Shown piece by piece: positions 1 through 16,984 of a stretch of DNA of 64,000 bases. The notes beneath the pieces were generated by a model. That model had not been told where the DNA came from. It did no database searches and worked only from the letters and a program-made list of their open reading frames with translations. Position 1 is the stretch's first letter. Each line of letters starts with the position of its first letter. Source of the stretch: the human T2T-CHM13v2.0 reference genome, Homo sapiens; NCBI RefSeq assembly GCF_009914755.1, contig NC_060944.1; one strand, 5' to 3'. The position numbers and the translations under genes were made by a program.

Positions 1-225
1 AGAGAGAGGGAGGAAGGGAGGGAGGAAGGAAGGAAGGACCCAAGAAAGATAGAGAGGGAGGGAGGGAGGAAGGAAGGAAGGAAGGACCCAAGAAAGATAG
101 AGAAAGAGAGAGGGAGGAAGGGAGGGAGGAAGGAAGGAAGGAAGGACCCAAGAAAGAAAAAAAAGAGACAGAGAGAGGAAAGGAGGAAGGAAGGAAGGAA
201 GGCAGGCAGGCAGGCAGGCAGGCAG
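1..225. repeat. Purine-rich (GGAA)n/(GGCA)n compound microsatellite with repeated ggacccaagaaag spacers
   Basis: Directly visible GGAA/GAGG runs followed by (GGCA)6. Confidence 0.95.
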
Positions 226-813
226 ACACAACCCAGATATTACTGATATATAACTGTTAAAATGTTTTCATTAACTCAACCGTTCTGAGGTTTGATAGAA
301 GAAGAAAAAAAGAGTCCCTCTTGCCATTTGGAAACTCAGCCACTTTGTTCTTTCTGGTTTATTTTGTGACCTCCCTTTCCGACAGCAATTAGTCTCAGTC
401 TCTGTTGTCAACGCTGGGAAAACTACATGGAAGAAAGGAATTAAGGAAAGGCAATACATCAGAAAGTGTTTTAAAATAGTATCCACTCACCCACATGAAG
501 CTGTGTCTGGCATATCAAAAGTAAAGTATTCAATATATTTAAGCAATTACCTGTATTTTATTCACTCTAAGAATTGAAATTTGTCCACTAAAGTTGAAGG
601 GTTTCCTCACACAGAGATTTCTCTTAGGAAAAATTAAATGAAACACTAATAATGAAATTCAGCAATGTAGATAAGCCAATTTGCATTTCCAAATTGTAAT
701 TCCATTTGAAAAATATTAACTACAGGTTTCTCCCAGGATTACACCGCTAAGCATCATGTGTCTCCATTGCTCCTTTGCTTCCTTGTCACAGTCTTTTTAA
801 AATAATAACACTT

Positions 814-1112
814 GGCCGGGCGCGGTGGCTCATGCCTGTAATCCCAGTACTTTGGGAGGCCGGGGTGGGCAGATCACTTGAGGCCAGGAGTTCAAGAATC
901 AGCCTGGCCAAAATAGTGAAACCCGCCTCCTAAAAATACAAAAATTAGTCAGGTGTGGTGGTGCGCACCTGTAACCCCAGCCACTCAGAAGGCTAAGACA
1001 GAGAATCGCTTGAACCCGGGAGGCAGAGGTTGCAGTGAGCGGAGATTGCGCCACTGCACTCCAGCCTGGATGATAGAGCAAAAATCCATCTCAAAAAAAA
1101 TAAATAAATAAA
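814..1112 (+). mobile_element. AluS
   Basis: GGCCGGGCGCGGTGGCTC start, A5TACA5 linker, A-rich tail. Confidence 0.95.
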
Positions 1113-1589
1113 ACACTAAATATAGGTTTTTCTTTTTTCATTTTCAACCAAACAGCTTTAAGAAGCCCTAAATTAGGAGTCATGTGTCCTGACCTATCAC
1201 TGAATCACCCTGAGAGCAAGTTACTTAAACTCCCTCTGCTTCAACTTCTTTATCTTTGGGGTACTAATATTTATCCAATATGTTTCAAAAGAGAATGTAT
1301 ATGAATGGTCTTTGAAAAAAATGTAAATTGCTTCAAAATGACAGACAAAATTATTCTTTGAACTTGAAAGCACCAAATAGATGGCAAAGCTTCTGGAGTC
1401 CGCTTGTGTTTCCTTGGGCTATTTTTCCAGTCTCTTTCCATGCTCTAAGTTGTTTCTTTCATAGAATTAGAGAAATAGGATTCTAGGTACATCTATTTTT
1501 TTTTCTTTTGTATTGTTTTAGTGATAAATACTTTAAAACCCTTCATGGTTTCCATGTTAGAAAAGATAGGCTTCAAATTAGTGTCTTTA

Positions 1590-2885
1590 GAACTCCATTC
1601 ATTCAACAAGTATTTATCAAGGACCCACTCTGTGACAGATAGTGGGTTTTATACTTGGGACTGTGCTGTGCTCAAACTCTCACCTTCCTGGAGTTTACAC
1701 AGGCAGGCACTAAACTCAAAATTATATATGCGATGATGTGCTTATACGCTGCAATAAGTCTTATAAGGACACTGCAAAAGGTTCATGCAAGATGATAACA
1801 AAAGAATGTAGTCAAGTCCTATGGGTAAGAAAAGACTTATTTGAGAAAGCACCATCTGAACTGAGACTTCAAGGATGAAAAGGTGCTGGCCAAACAAAGA
1901 GTGGGAAGAAGAGCATGCTAAGCAGAGGGAGCAGCACGTGCAAAGACCCTGAGGCCAGTGTTCTTGGTATATATCAAGTGGCAGAGGGACCCAGATGAAG
2001 GCAGAGGGATGGCAAGACCAGATCAAGCAGGACATTAAAACAAGTTTGTCTTTTTTCTAAGTGCCGTAGACACTTTTCTTTTCTTTTTTTTTTTTTTTTT
2101 TTGAGATAGAGTTTCACTCTTGTTGCCCAGGCTGGAGCACAATGGCATGATCTCGGCTCACTACGACCTCCATCTCCCAGTTCAAGCGATTCTCCTGCCT
2201 CAGCCTCCCGAGTAGCTGAGATTACAGGCATGTGCCACCACGCCCAGCTAATTTTGTATTTTTAGTAGAGACAGGGTTTCTTCATGTTGGTCAGGCTGGT
2301 CTCAAACTCCCGATGTCAGGTGATCTGCCTGCCTAGGCCTCCCAAAGTGCTGGGACTACAGGTGTGAGCCCGCGCCCGGCCAGGCCATTGACAGATTCTA
2401 AGCTGGAATGAGGAGTGACCCAACTTAATTTGAGATTTTATAAGCTCACTTTGTTTGCTATATGGAAAGTTATCAGAAGGACACCAAGTGGACTAAAACA
2501 GCCCACTGAGCGAATGCCACAGCCATCCAGGGCAGATAGGTGCAGGCCTGAATTGTGTGCACAATTGCAGGTGGCCGTGGAAATACAGTTCGGGAGGATT
2601 TCATGACTAGGGTCAGGGTGAGCCATTGGATGCGAGGGAGGAGTGAGGGCACAGTCAAAGACGACCGAACTTTCTGGCTGAAAGTTGAGTCATATGAGTT
2701 CCATTTCCTGTGAAGAGGAATACAGAGGGGTACAGAATAAGGATTGGGGGTGCAAGCACCCTGTTTGGGGAAAGGTTTTATTGAAGTAGTTGTGAGATCT
2801 TCACAAACAGATGCCAAGATGCCAGCTGGATGTTCAGATCTGGAACTCACAGTCACCAGCACGCAGACGATATTTCAAGTTTCAG
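1590..2885 (+). mobile_element. Degenerate L2 LINE fragment(s), interrupted by an Alu
   Basis: cattcattcaacaagtatttat end motif, cagggagcagcacgtgcaaagaccctgagg and other L2-like segments; boundaries and orientation uncertain. Confidence 0.55.
2075..2385 (-). mobile_element. AluSp-like
   Basis: Reverse Alu with catgttggtcaggctgg and ctcccga diagnostics, T-tail. Confidence 0.9.
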
Positions 2886-2918
2886 AACTGGAAGATGCTG
2901 CTTAGAAAGAGCTCCTCA

Positions 2919-3828
2919 GGGGGGAGGGAGGAGCCAAGATGGCCGAATAGGAACAGCTCCAGTCTACAGCTCCCAGCCTGAGCGACGCAGAAGACGGTGA
3001 TTTCTGCATTTCCATCTGAGGTACCAGGTTCATCTCACTAGGGAGTGCCAGACAGTGGGCGCAGGTCAGTGGGTGCGCGCACCGTGCGCGAGCCGAAGCA
3101 GGGTGAGGCATTGCCTCACTCGGGAAGCGCAAGGGGTCAGGGAGTTCCCTTTCCGAGTCAAAGAAAGGGGTGACGGACGGCACCTGGAAATCGGGTCACT
3201 CTCACCCGAATACTGCGCTTTTCCGACGGGCTTAAAAAACGGCGCACCACGAGATTATATCCCGCACCTGGCTGGGAGGGTCCTACGCCCACGGAGTCTC
3301 GCTGATTGCTAGCACAGCAGTCTGAGATCAAACTGCAAGATGGCAGTGAGGCTGGGGGAGGGGCGCCCGCCATTGCCCAGGCTTGCTTAGGTAAACAAAG
3401 CAGCCGGGAAGCTCCAACTGGGCCCAGCCCACCACAGCTCAAGGAGTCCTGCCTGCCTCTGTAGGCTCCACCTCTGGGGGCAGGGCACAGACAAACAAAA
3501 AGACAGCAGTAACCTCTGCAGACTTAAATGTCCCTGTCTGACAGCTTTGAAGAGAGCAGTGGTTCTCCCAGCACGCAGCTGGAGATCTGAGAACGGGCAG
3601 ACTGCCTCCTCAAGTGGGTCCCTGACCCCTGACCCCCGAGCAGCCTAACTGGCAGGCACCCCCCAGCAGGGGCACACTGACACCTCACACGGCAGGGTAT
3701 TCCAACAGACCTGTGGCTGAGGGTCCTGTCTGTTAGAAGGAAAACTAACAAACAGAATGGACATCCACACCAAAAACCCATCTGTACATCACCATCATCA
3801 AAGACCAAAAGTAGATAAAACCACAAAG
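2919..3828 (+). promoter_or_regulatory. L1 5'UTR sense/antisense promoter, CpG-rich, with YY1 site AAGATGGCC (2936-2944)
   Basis: L1 5'UTR sequence with intact YY1 motif and many retained CpGs. Confidence 0.85.
3158..3373 (-). CDS. L1 ORF0 (71 aa, antisense ORF in the 5'UTR)
   Basis: MAGAPPPASL...VRHPFL from ATG at 3373; matches known primate L1 ORF0 length and sequence. Confidence 0.8.
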   Translation of the reverse strand: MAGAPPPASLPSCSLISDCCASNQRDSVGVGPSQPGAGYNLVVRRFLSPSEKRSIRVRVTRFPGAVRHPFL

Positions 3829-4845
3829 ATGGGGAAAAAACAGAACAGAAAAACTGGAAACTCTAAAACGCAGAGCGCCTCTCCTCCTCCAAAGGAACGC
3901 AGTTCCTCACCAGCAACGGAACAAAGCTGGATGGAGAATGACTTTGACGAGCTGAGAGAAAAAGGCTTCAGACGATCAAATTACTCTGAGCTACGGGAGG
4001 ACATTCAAACCAAAGGCAAAGAAGTTGAAAACTTTGAAAAAACTTTAGAAGAATGTATAACTAGAATAACCAATACAGAGAAGTGCTTAAAGGAGCTGAT
4101 GGAGCTGAAAACCAAGGCTGGAGAACTACGTGAAGAAGGCAGAAACCTCAGGAAGCGATGCAATCAACTGGAAGAAAGGGTATCAGCGATGGAAGATGAA
4201 ATGAATGAAATGAAGCGAGAAGAGAAGTTTAGAGAAAAAAGAATAAAAAGAAATGAGCAAAGCCTCCAAGAAATATGGGACTATGTGAAAAGACCAAATC
4301 TACGTCTGATTGGGGTACCTGAAAGTGATGGAGAGAATGGAACCAAGTTGGAAAACACTCTGCAGGATATTATCCAGGAGAACTTCCCCAATCTAGCAAG
4401 GCAGGCCAACGTTCAGATTCAGGAAATGCAGAGAACGCCACAAAGATACTCCTCGAGAAGAGCAACTCCAAGACACATAATTGTCAGATTCACCAGAGTT
4501 GAAATGAAGGAAAAAATGTTAAGGGCAGCCAGAGAGAAAGGTCGGGTTACCCTCAAAGGGAAGCCCATCAGACTAACAGCGGATCTCTCAGCAGAAACCC
4601 TACAAGCCAGAAGAGAGTGGGGGCCAATATTCAACATTCTTAAAGAAAAGAATTTTCAACCCAGAATTTCATATCCAGCCAAACTAAGCTTCATAAGTGA
4701 AGGAGAAATAAAATACTTTACAGACAAGCAAATGCTGAGAGATTTTGTCACCACCAGGCCTGCCCTAAAAGAGCTCCTGAAGGAAGCGCTAAACATGGAA
4801 AAGAACAACCGGTACCAGCCGCTGCAAAATCATGCCAAAATGTAA
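3829..4845 (+). CDS. L1 ORF1p, 338 aa, intact; possible 24-aa N-terminal extension from ATG at 3757
   Basis: MGKKQNRK...NHAKM*; REKG, ARR and YPAKLS motifs present. Confidence 0.95.
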   Translation: MGKKQNRKTGNSKTQSASPPPKERSSSPATEQSWMENDFDELREKGFRRSNYSELREDIQTKGKEVENFEKTLEECITRITNTEKCLKELMELKTKAGELREEGRNLRKRCNQLEERVSAMEDEMNEMKREEKFREKRIKRNEQSLQEIWDYVKRPNLRLIGVPESDGENGTKLENTLQDIIQENFPNLARQANVQIQEMQRTPQRYSSRRATPRHIIVRFTRVEMKEKMLRAAREKGRVTLKGKPIRLTADLSAETLQARREWGPIFNILKEKNFQPRISYPAKLSFISEGEIKYFTDKQMLRDFVTTRPALKELLKEALNMEKNNRYQPLQNHAKM

Positions 4846-4908
4846 AGACCATCCAGACTAGGAAGAAACTGCATCAACTAACGAGCAAAATCACCAGCTA
4901 ACATCATA

Positions 4909-8736
<3,828 letters not shown>

Positions 8737-9161
8737 ACAATGAGATCACATGGACACAGGAAGGGGAATATCACACTCTGGGGACTGTTGTGGGGTGGGG
8801 GGAGGGGGGAGGGATAGCATTGGGAGATATACCTAATGCTAGATGACGAGTTGGTGGGTGCAGCGCACCAGCATGGCACATGTATACATATGTAACTAAC
8901 CTACACAATGTGCACATGTACCCTAAAACTTTAATAAAAAATAAATAAAAAATAAAAATAAATAAATAAATTTAGTTATCAGATTAAAAAAAAGAAAGAG
9001 CTCGTGGGGAGCAGAGGTCCTCCGCCTTTGCAGACTCACTGTTGACATTTTAGGACAAGCATTTTATAACTTCCTTTTACCATCCTGAAATAAAATTTCT
9101 AGATCGGGTGGCCAGCCTACACACAAACCGCAAAAAGAAATCATCTAATAAAAAAGAAAGG

Positions 9162-9665
<504 letters not shown>

Positions 9666-9984
9666 TAGAAGATGTAATGAGGCAGTCAGATGTGCGCCAT
9701 AGGCAGACTCACCGTGAACATGTCAGTGGTAAACGCAGAGCAATATGGGTGGATTGAATGGGGGTCTTGAGGATCATGAACAGTAATACAAAGGTGACTT
9801 GATTTTCTAAAATGGCAAATAACTCCCATTAAATTCCAAATAAAGCAAAATACAGGTTCTCTTTGTCAGATAAGCTTTATTTCTGGAAATTACAATGTGT
9901 GTTAAACTGTGCAGAAAAGACTTTGTGTTTATATGTAAAACAGAGTTAAGTTCTAGCCTCAGATAATTATAAAAAGGTTTTGAA

Positions 9985-10205
9985 CCAAAGACAATTTTGT
10001 CCTCCACGCCCAATGGGCATTTGACAGTGTCTAGACACAACTTCAGTTGTCACAACTCAGGGGTAAAGCAGATGCTGCTGGCATCTAGTGGGTAGAAGCC
10101 AGGGATGAGGCTGAATATCTACAATGCATAGACGGGCGGCCCCCACCAAAAGGAAGTATCTATCTGGCTGAAAATATTAACAGGGCCAAGTTAGAGAAAA
10201 ACTGG
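9985..10205. mobile_element. MER20
   Basis: caattttgtcc...cagttgtcacaact...gctgctggcatctagtgggtagaagccagggatg. Confidence 0.75.
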
Positions 10206-10237
10206 CTTGCAGAGATATTTTCAAAAATGGTACAGAC

Positions 10238-10860
<623 letters not shown>

Positions 10861-11566
10861 GAAAAAAATAAAAAATGGGTGCAGGATGATGGACAACAGC
10901 ACCTTGTGTGAAACTGTCTCACACATTGCAAGGAGCCTCACGTTCCCAGCCCCTAACCACTAAATGCCAGCAGTGCCCCCTTTTAGCAACCATAAGACAT
11001 GCCCTAAAAATGGGAGTGTCGCATAAGAACAACAGCAGAGAGTGAAGAGAGAAGGGGGTAGGCAGGAGGAAGGCAAGAAGAGTAGGAGCCAGCCAAAATG
11101 CTGTGCCAGGGGATGAGAAAGGCTGGCATGGCCAAATTAAAGCATATGTCATTCTACGCATCTGTTGGTGGCTCTGTAATTAATACAAAAATAATTACAT
11201 CTCTTCGCCTGGCTCTCCCTCACAAACTACTTAATGAACACTGCCAAGAACTTTTTAGATATGTAATTAAATTTTTTATTTATTTCCATTTTATTTTTAT
11301 AGTAGTAGCTCAATATATTAGAAAAAAAATGCAGCAGCAAAGCCCAGCCTCAACTACCATTTGAGAGGCAACTAACAGTATCCACTTCCTTTTTTTCTCA
11401 ATCTGTTCTATGCAATTCATTCTGAACAGCAGGAAATACTAACAACAGTTCTCTTATTCCCCTTCCCTTCATTTTTCAGGTTTAATTATCTGCCAGGATC
11501 TCCTCTTTAGGCACAGAGAGAAATGAGGTTTTTACTTTACTTTTCTTTTAATATAAGAAATAATTT

Positions 11567-11877
11567 GGCTAGGCACGGTGCCTCATGCCTGTAATCCCAA
11601 CACTTTGGGAGGTCAAGGCAATAGGATTGCTTGAGTTCAGGAGTTCAAGACTAGCCTGGGCAACGTGGCGAAACCCTGTCTCTACAAAAAATACAAAAAA
11701 ATTAGCCGGATGTCCTGGTGCACACCTGTGGTCCCAGCTTTTCAGGAGGCTGAGGTGGGAGGATCACCTGAGCCCAGGAGGCAGAGGTTGCAGTGAACAA
11801 AGATCATGCCACTGTACTCAAGCCACTCTGGGTGACAGAGTGAGACCCTGTCTCAAAAAAAATAGAAAAAAAAAAGA
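11567..11877 (+). mobile_element. AluJ (donor of the local duplication)
   Basis: Dimeric Alu with private variants cccagcttttcagg and tactcaagcc. Confidence 0.9.
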
Positions 11878-12098
11878 ATTTTAAAAAAATAATAGTGTGT
11901 TGTCCCAAAGTGGTCCAAGATTTGGATCTTCTCTTTACCCTTCTTCAAGTATAGGAACACTGACCTTTCCAAAAGCCCCCACCACTTCCATCAGTCATGG
12001 TGGGATCCAGGAGACTTCTCCAATAGAAATACTCCCATAGCTAAGTTTCATAAAAGACATAGGTATCTGAAATTTAAAAGTAACTATACTCAGATAAT

Positions 12099-12385
12099 GG
12101 CCGGGTGCAGTGGCTTACGCCTGTACTCCCAGCACTTCAGGAGGCCGAGGTGGGTGGATCTCCTGAGGTCGGGAGATCGAGACCAGCCTGACCAACATGG
12201 AGAAAGCTTCATCTCTACTAAAAATACAAAATTAGCCAGGCATGGTGGCGTATGCCTGTAATCCCAGCTACTCGGGAGGCTGAGGCAGGAGAATTGCTTG
12301 AATCCGGGAGGTAGAAGTTGCAGTGAGTCGAGATATCGTGCCATTGCACTGCAGCCTGGGCAACAAGAGCGAAACTCCATCTCAT

Positions 12386-12412
<27 letters not shown>
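12099..12412 (+). mobile_element. AluSp
   Basis: gtcgggag and ctgaccaacatggagaaa diagnostics; TSD aaaagtaactatactcagata. Confidence 0.9.
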
Positions 12413-12416
<4 letters not shown>

Positions 12417-12898
12417 CTATACTCAGATATTCTTGGGAAAACGCCTCTAAATCACTAATAATGTCAATGTTCAGCACTTGAAAACAATACCAAATTATTA
12501 CAAGCCGTATAAGAAGCAGTGGTTGAAGAGACAAGAATGACCACAGGCCCAACATCTTTACATCTCTTAACCCTCTGTTTCCTAGGTTGAAAGTGTAGAA
12601 ATTATGATCTCCTGAACTGCAGCATTGTGAAGTTGACACAAGGTGAAGCAATGTCACATTGTCACCACAACAGGATCCTTTCATGCTGAGATCCAAAAAA
12701 GCCAGATAACCTGAGTCAAGAATCACAGAAAGTCAATAACAAAATCAGGACTGAGGTCTTGAGAACTGGAAAACTTCCTTGGTTTTCACACAGGAATCTG
12801 TCATTTGTGCTTATTTCACATTGCATGCCTGTATCAAAACATCTCATGTACACCATAACTATATACACCTACTATGTGCACACAAAAATTAAAAATAG

Positions 12899-13210
12899 GG
12901 CTGCACATGGTGGCTCACGCCTGTAATCCCAGCACTTTGGGAGGCCAAGGCAGGGAGAATGGCTTGAGCCCAGGAGTTCAAGACCAGCCTGGGCAACGTG
13001 GCGAAACCCTGTCTCTACAAAAAATACAAAAAAATTAGCCAGGTGTGCTGGTGCACACCTGTGGTCCCAGTTTTTCAGGAGGCTGAGGTGGGAAGATCAC
13101 CTGAGCCCAGGAGGCAGAGGTTGTAGGGAGCCAAGATCAAGCCACTATACTCAAGCCGGGGCAATAGAGTGAGACTCTGTCTCAAAAAAAACAGAAAAAG
13201 AAAAAGAAAT
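12899..13210 (+). mobile_element. Chimeric AluJ
   Basis: 5' part differs from, and remainder matches, the Alu at 11567. Confidence 0.85.
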
Positions 13211-13430
13211 AATTTTTAAAAAATAATAATGTGTTTTCCCAAAGTGGTCCAAGATTCAGATCTTCTCTTTACCCTTCTTCAAGTGTAGGAACACTGACCT
13301 TACCAAAAGCCCACCAGTTCCATCAGTCATGGTGGGATCCAGGAGACTTCTCCAATAGAAATACTCCCATAGCTAAGTTTTATAAAAGACATAGTTATCT
13401 GAAATTTTAAAATAACTATACTCAGATAAT

Positions 13431-13790
13431 GGCCAGGTGCAGTGGCTCACGCCTGTAATCTCAGCACTTTGGGAGGCCAAGGCGGGGAGAATGGCTTGGC
13501 CTGGGCAACATGGCAAAACCCTGTCTGTACAAAAAATACAAAAGAATAAACCAGGTGTGCTAATGCACACTTGTCCCAGCTTTTCAGGAGGCTGAGGTGG
13601 GAGGATCCCCTGAGCCCAGGAGGCTCTACAAAATACAAAACTTAGCCGGGCATGGTGGCGCACCTGTAGTCCCAGCTACTCAGGAGGCTAACGTGGGAGG
13701 ATGGATTGAGCCCAGGAGATCGAGGCTGCAGTCAGCTGTGATTGCACCACTGCACTCTAGCGTGGGTGACAGAACAAAACCCTGTCCCCC
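13431..13790 (+). mobile_element. Chimeric, internally rearranged Alu
   Basis: Has two A-rich linkers and segments matching three neighbouring Alus. Confidence 0.8.
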
Positions 13791-14633
13791 ACCTCCCCCA
13801 TCCCCAAACAAAACAAAACAAATTTTTAATTAAAAAATTAAAAAACAAAAAGGATCTGTCATGAAGGTATTTTTCAGCAAACAACACTCAGGTATATTTG
13901 TGAATCTTAAATAGGGAAGAAAAGAGTTATCAAATAAACCTGGCAAGTACTGAGTTAAGTAAAGACACACTATGTTTGGTTTGATTTTAATTGCAGGACT
14001 TCTCAGAGTCTTTAATATGTTAATGTGTGTTGTGAATTTCCAAGACAGGAACTATAATAAAATCATTATTTTCTTTCTCCTTACTTTCATTCCCAGGACA
14101 AACTTTGCCCTAAGAGAAACTCAGTTAGAAAAGTCTGGGTGTTGATTTAATGTGGAGCCACTTCAAGGAAGTGATAATAAAACAAAGTTCCATGAAATTG
14201 ATATCACATTAATATCATGGTCAAAGAGGAGAAAATGACAGCCTGCAGTAGGCCTGGTGTGAAACAGTCCTTCAGCCAGGACTTCACTCTTGTTTCACAG
14301 TGTAATGCCATTGCAGTTTCCAAAAGTCCACCAATTTGTGGTCTCCACTTTTCCTTTGACCCATCTCTCTTCTTCCAACCACATGATCACCCTCCTTTAA
14401 GCTTCTAGACCTGCCAGAGGATCTCAACCAACTCAAAACAAAGATTGCCAGGGACCCTTTTTCTCTCAAGTGCACATCTAATGTCAAAGGGAAATGGTTC
14501 TCTCCACTGATGGTGATCAAGGCATTCACCTGTAATCTAGGTAGGGTGGTGCCTGTCATGAGCTTGGAAGCTTCAGAGTAGGAAGGACTAAATTTAAAGC
14601 CATCCTCTGCTTTTTATTAGCTGTGAACCCTAG

Positions 14634-14962
<329 letters not shown>

Positions 14963-15704
14963 CTTTATCTCTCATTTTTAAAATGAGATTGTTTCAAGAG
15001 TTAACAGTAATGTGTATAAAGTGACTGGAATTTGGTAGATACATAATAACTGGTTGCTAGTATTCCAGTCATACTATTCCTTACCAAGGAATAGTTTCAA
15101 ATGTCTGTTATGATTATCTTGTGCATCATTTCTGTACACATATCAAATGTCATCTGATTTTCAATTTGTCTTTATCCTTCCACTAGAAATTTGGAAGCTT
15201 TCCTTTTCTAAAAAGACTAATCATATTTAGGTTCAGTGTTTTTTCTCACTAAAATGAACATTACCACCAAATAACAAGATGTAAACAAGAAACTTCACTC
15301 AGATTGGGCTGAAGGAAATTGCATGCTTTCCACACAGTAATCCAGAGCAAAGTTCTTGGAAAGAAAAATCACCCTGTTATTAAGTAGCACTTCTCTACCG
15401 AAAACGTTCCTATCTTTTGACAGGAATTCCACACTTAAGAATTTAAGCCTATGAAAATATTCCAGCATACAGAAAAGCTTGAAACGCAAAGATGTTCATC
15501 ATAGTGTTATGTATTATTGAATAAAAATTGCAAACATTAAATGTCCAATATTACATTATCGTAGTATCATAAACTATTATAATGTATGTGATAGAACTTC
15601 TACAGCTGTTTATACTGATGCTTTCCAGTGAAGAAATACCTCCAGACAGGTGCCTCATATAGTCAGCATATATAACTATGTAAACCTAACGAAATGCATG
15701 GGAA

Positions 15705-15998
15705 GGCCAGACACAGTGGCTCACACCTGTAATCCCAGCTCTTTGGGAGGCTGAGGCAGGCGGATCACTTGAGGTCAGGAGTTCAAGACTAGCCTGGCCA
15801 ACATGGTGAAACCCTGTCTCTACTAAAAATACAAAAATTAGCTGGGCATGGTGATGCATGTCTGTAATCCCAGCTACTCGGGAGGCTGAAGCAGGAGAAT
15901 TACTTGAACCCAAGAGGCGGAGGTTGTAATGAACCCACATCGTGCCACTGCACTCCAGCTTGGGTGACAGAGCAAGGCTCCAGCACAAAAAAAAAAAG
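15705..15998 (+). mobile_element. AluS
   Basis: Dimeric Alu, TSD core gcatgggaa. Confidence 0.92.
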
Positions 15999-16139
15999 CA
16001 TGGGAAAAGAAAAGACTAGAAGGAAATACAGCAGAACGTGAATGAGAGCTTTAAGCCTAGTATGACCATAGGTTAATAGGTTGTTTTGTTTTTGTTTTTC
16101 CAAAAAGCTTTATAGTGAAAAAAATCATACATTATGTAT

Positions 16140-16655
16140 ATGTATTTCTAATTGCAGTAAAATACACACAACATAAAATTTATCATTTTCACTATTAAGT
16201 GCACAGTTGAGTGGCTTTGAGTACATTCAGATTGTTGTACAAACATAACAATGTCCATCTACAGAATTTTTCATCTTACAAAAGATGAAACTGAAACTGC
16301 TCTGAGTGAACAAGAATTCTTATTGCTTTTCCCACCTCATCCCCAGTCCCTGGCAACCATCATTCCTCTTTCTGTTTCTATGAGTTTGACTACCTCTAGA
16401 TATGTTATATAGGTATAACCATATAATATATTTCTTTTTGTGACTGGCTTATTTTCACTTAGCATAATATTCTCAGGGTTCATCCATGTTGTAGAACGTG
16501 TCAGAATTTCTTCCATTTTTAGGGCTAATATTCCGTCGCATGTACATATCACATTTGCTTATCCACTCATCCGTTGGACACTTGGGTTGCTTCTGAGTTT
16601 TGGCTATTGTGAATAGTGTTGCTATGAACACGGGTGTTCAAATATCCTTTCCATA
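16140..16655 (-). mobile_element. Old L1 (L1MB-like) 3' end
   Basis: ccccagtccctggcaaccatcattc...gtgactggcttattttcacttagcataat...gggttcatccatgttgtag. Confidence 0.8.
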
Positions 16656-16698
16656 CATTATATTAAAAATATTTTTTTTCTTAAAGTTGCAACTTTTT

Positions 16699-16975
16699 GG
16701 CCAGTCTAGGTGGCTCAAGCCTGTAATCTCAGCACCTTGAGAGGCTGAGGTGGGAGGATTGCTTGAGCCCAGGAATCTGAGATAGGCTCTGCAAAATAAA
16801 AAATAAACCTAGTCAGGCATGATGGAGTGTGCCTGCGGTTCCAGCCACTCAGGAGGCTGAGGTGGGAGGATCACTTGGGCCTGGCAGGTTGAGGTTGCCG
16901 TGAGCCGTGATGATGCCACTGCACAAGTATAGCGACAAAGCGAGACTCTGTCTCAAAAGGAAAAGAATAAGAAAA
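16699..16975 (+). mobile_element. AluJ
   Basis: Degenerate Alu, TSD core ttgcaacttt. Confidence 0.85.
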
Positions 16976-16984
16976 TTGCAACTT

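Larger units (their letters stand above)
11638..13623 (+). repeat. Local duplication: ~11638-12125 repeated at ~12971-13457, with a third partial copy at ~13500-13623
   Basis: Unique spacer cccaaagtggtccaagatt...taactatactcagataat occurs twice at an offset of ~1333 bp. Confidence 0.92.

Noticed and set aside
2990-3005. gacggtgattt in copy A resembles the L1HS Ta-1d 5'UTR deletion
   Set aside because: The 3'UTR diagnostic is GAG, not ACA or ACG, and copy A shares lineage variants with copy B; probably a parallel 1-bp deletion
8780-8815. G-quadruplex-like tract (also ~39952-39987)
   Set aside because: Standard feature of every young L1 3'UTR, not locus-specific
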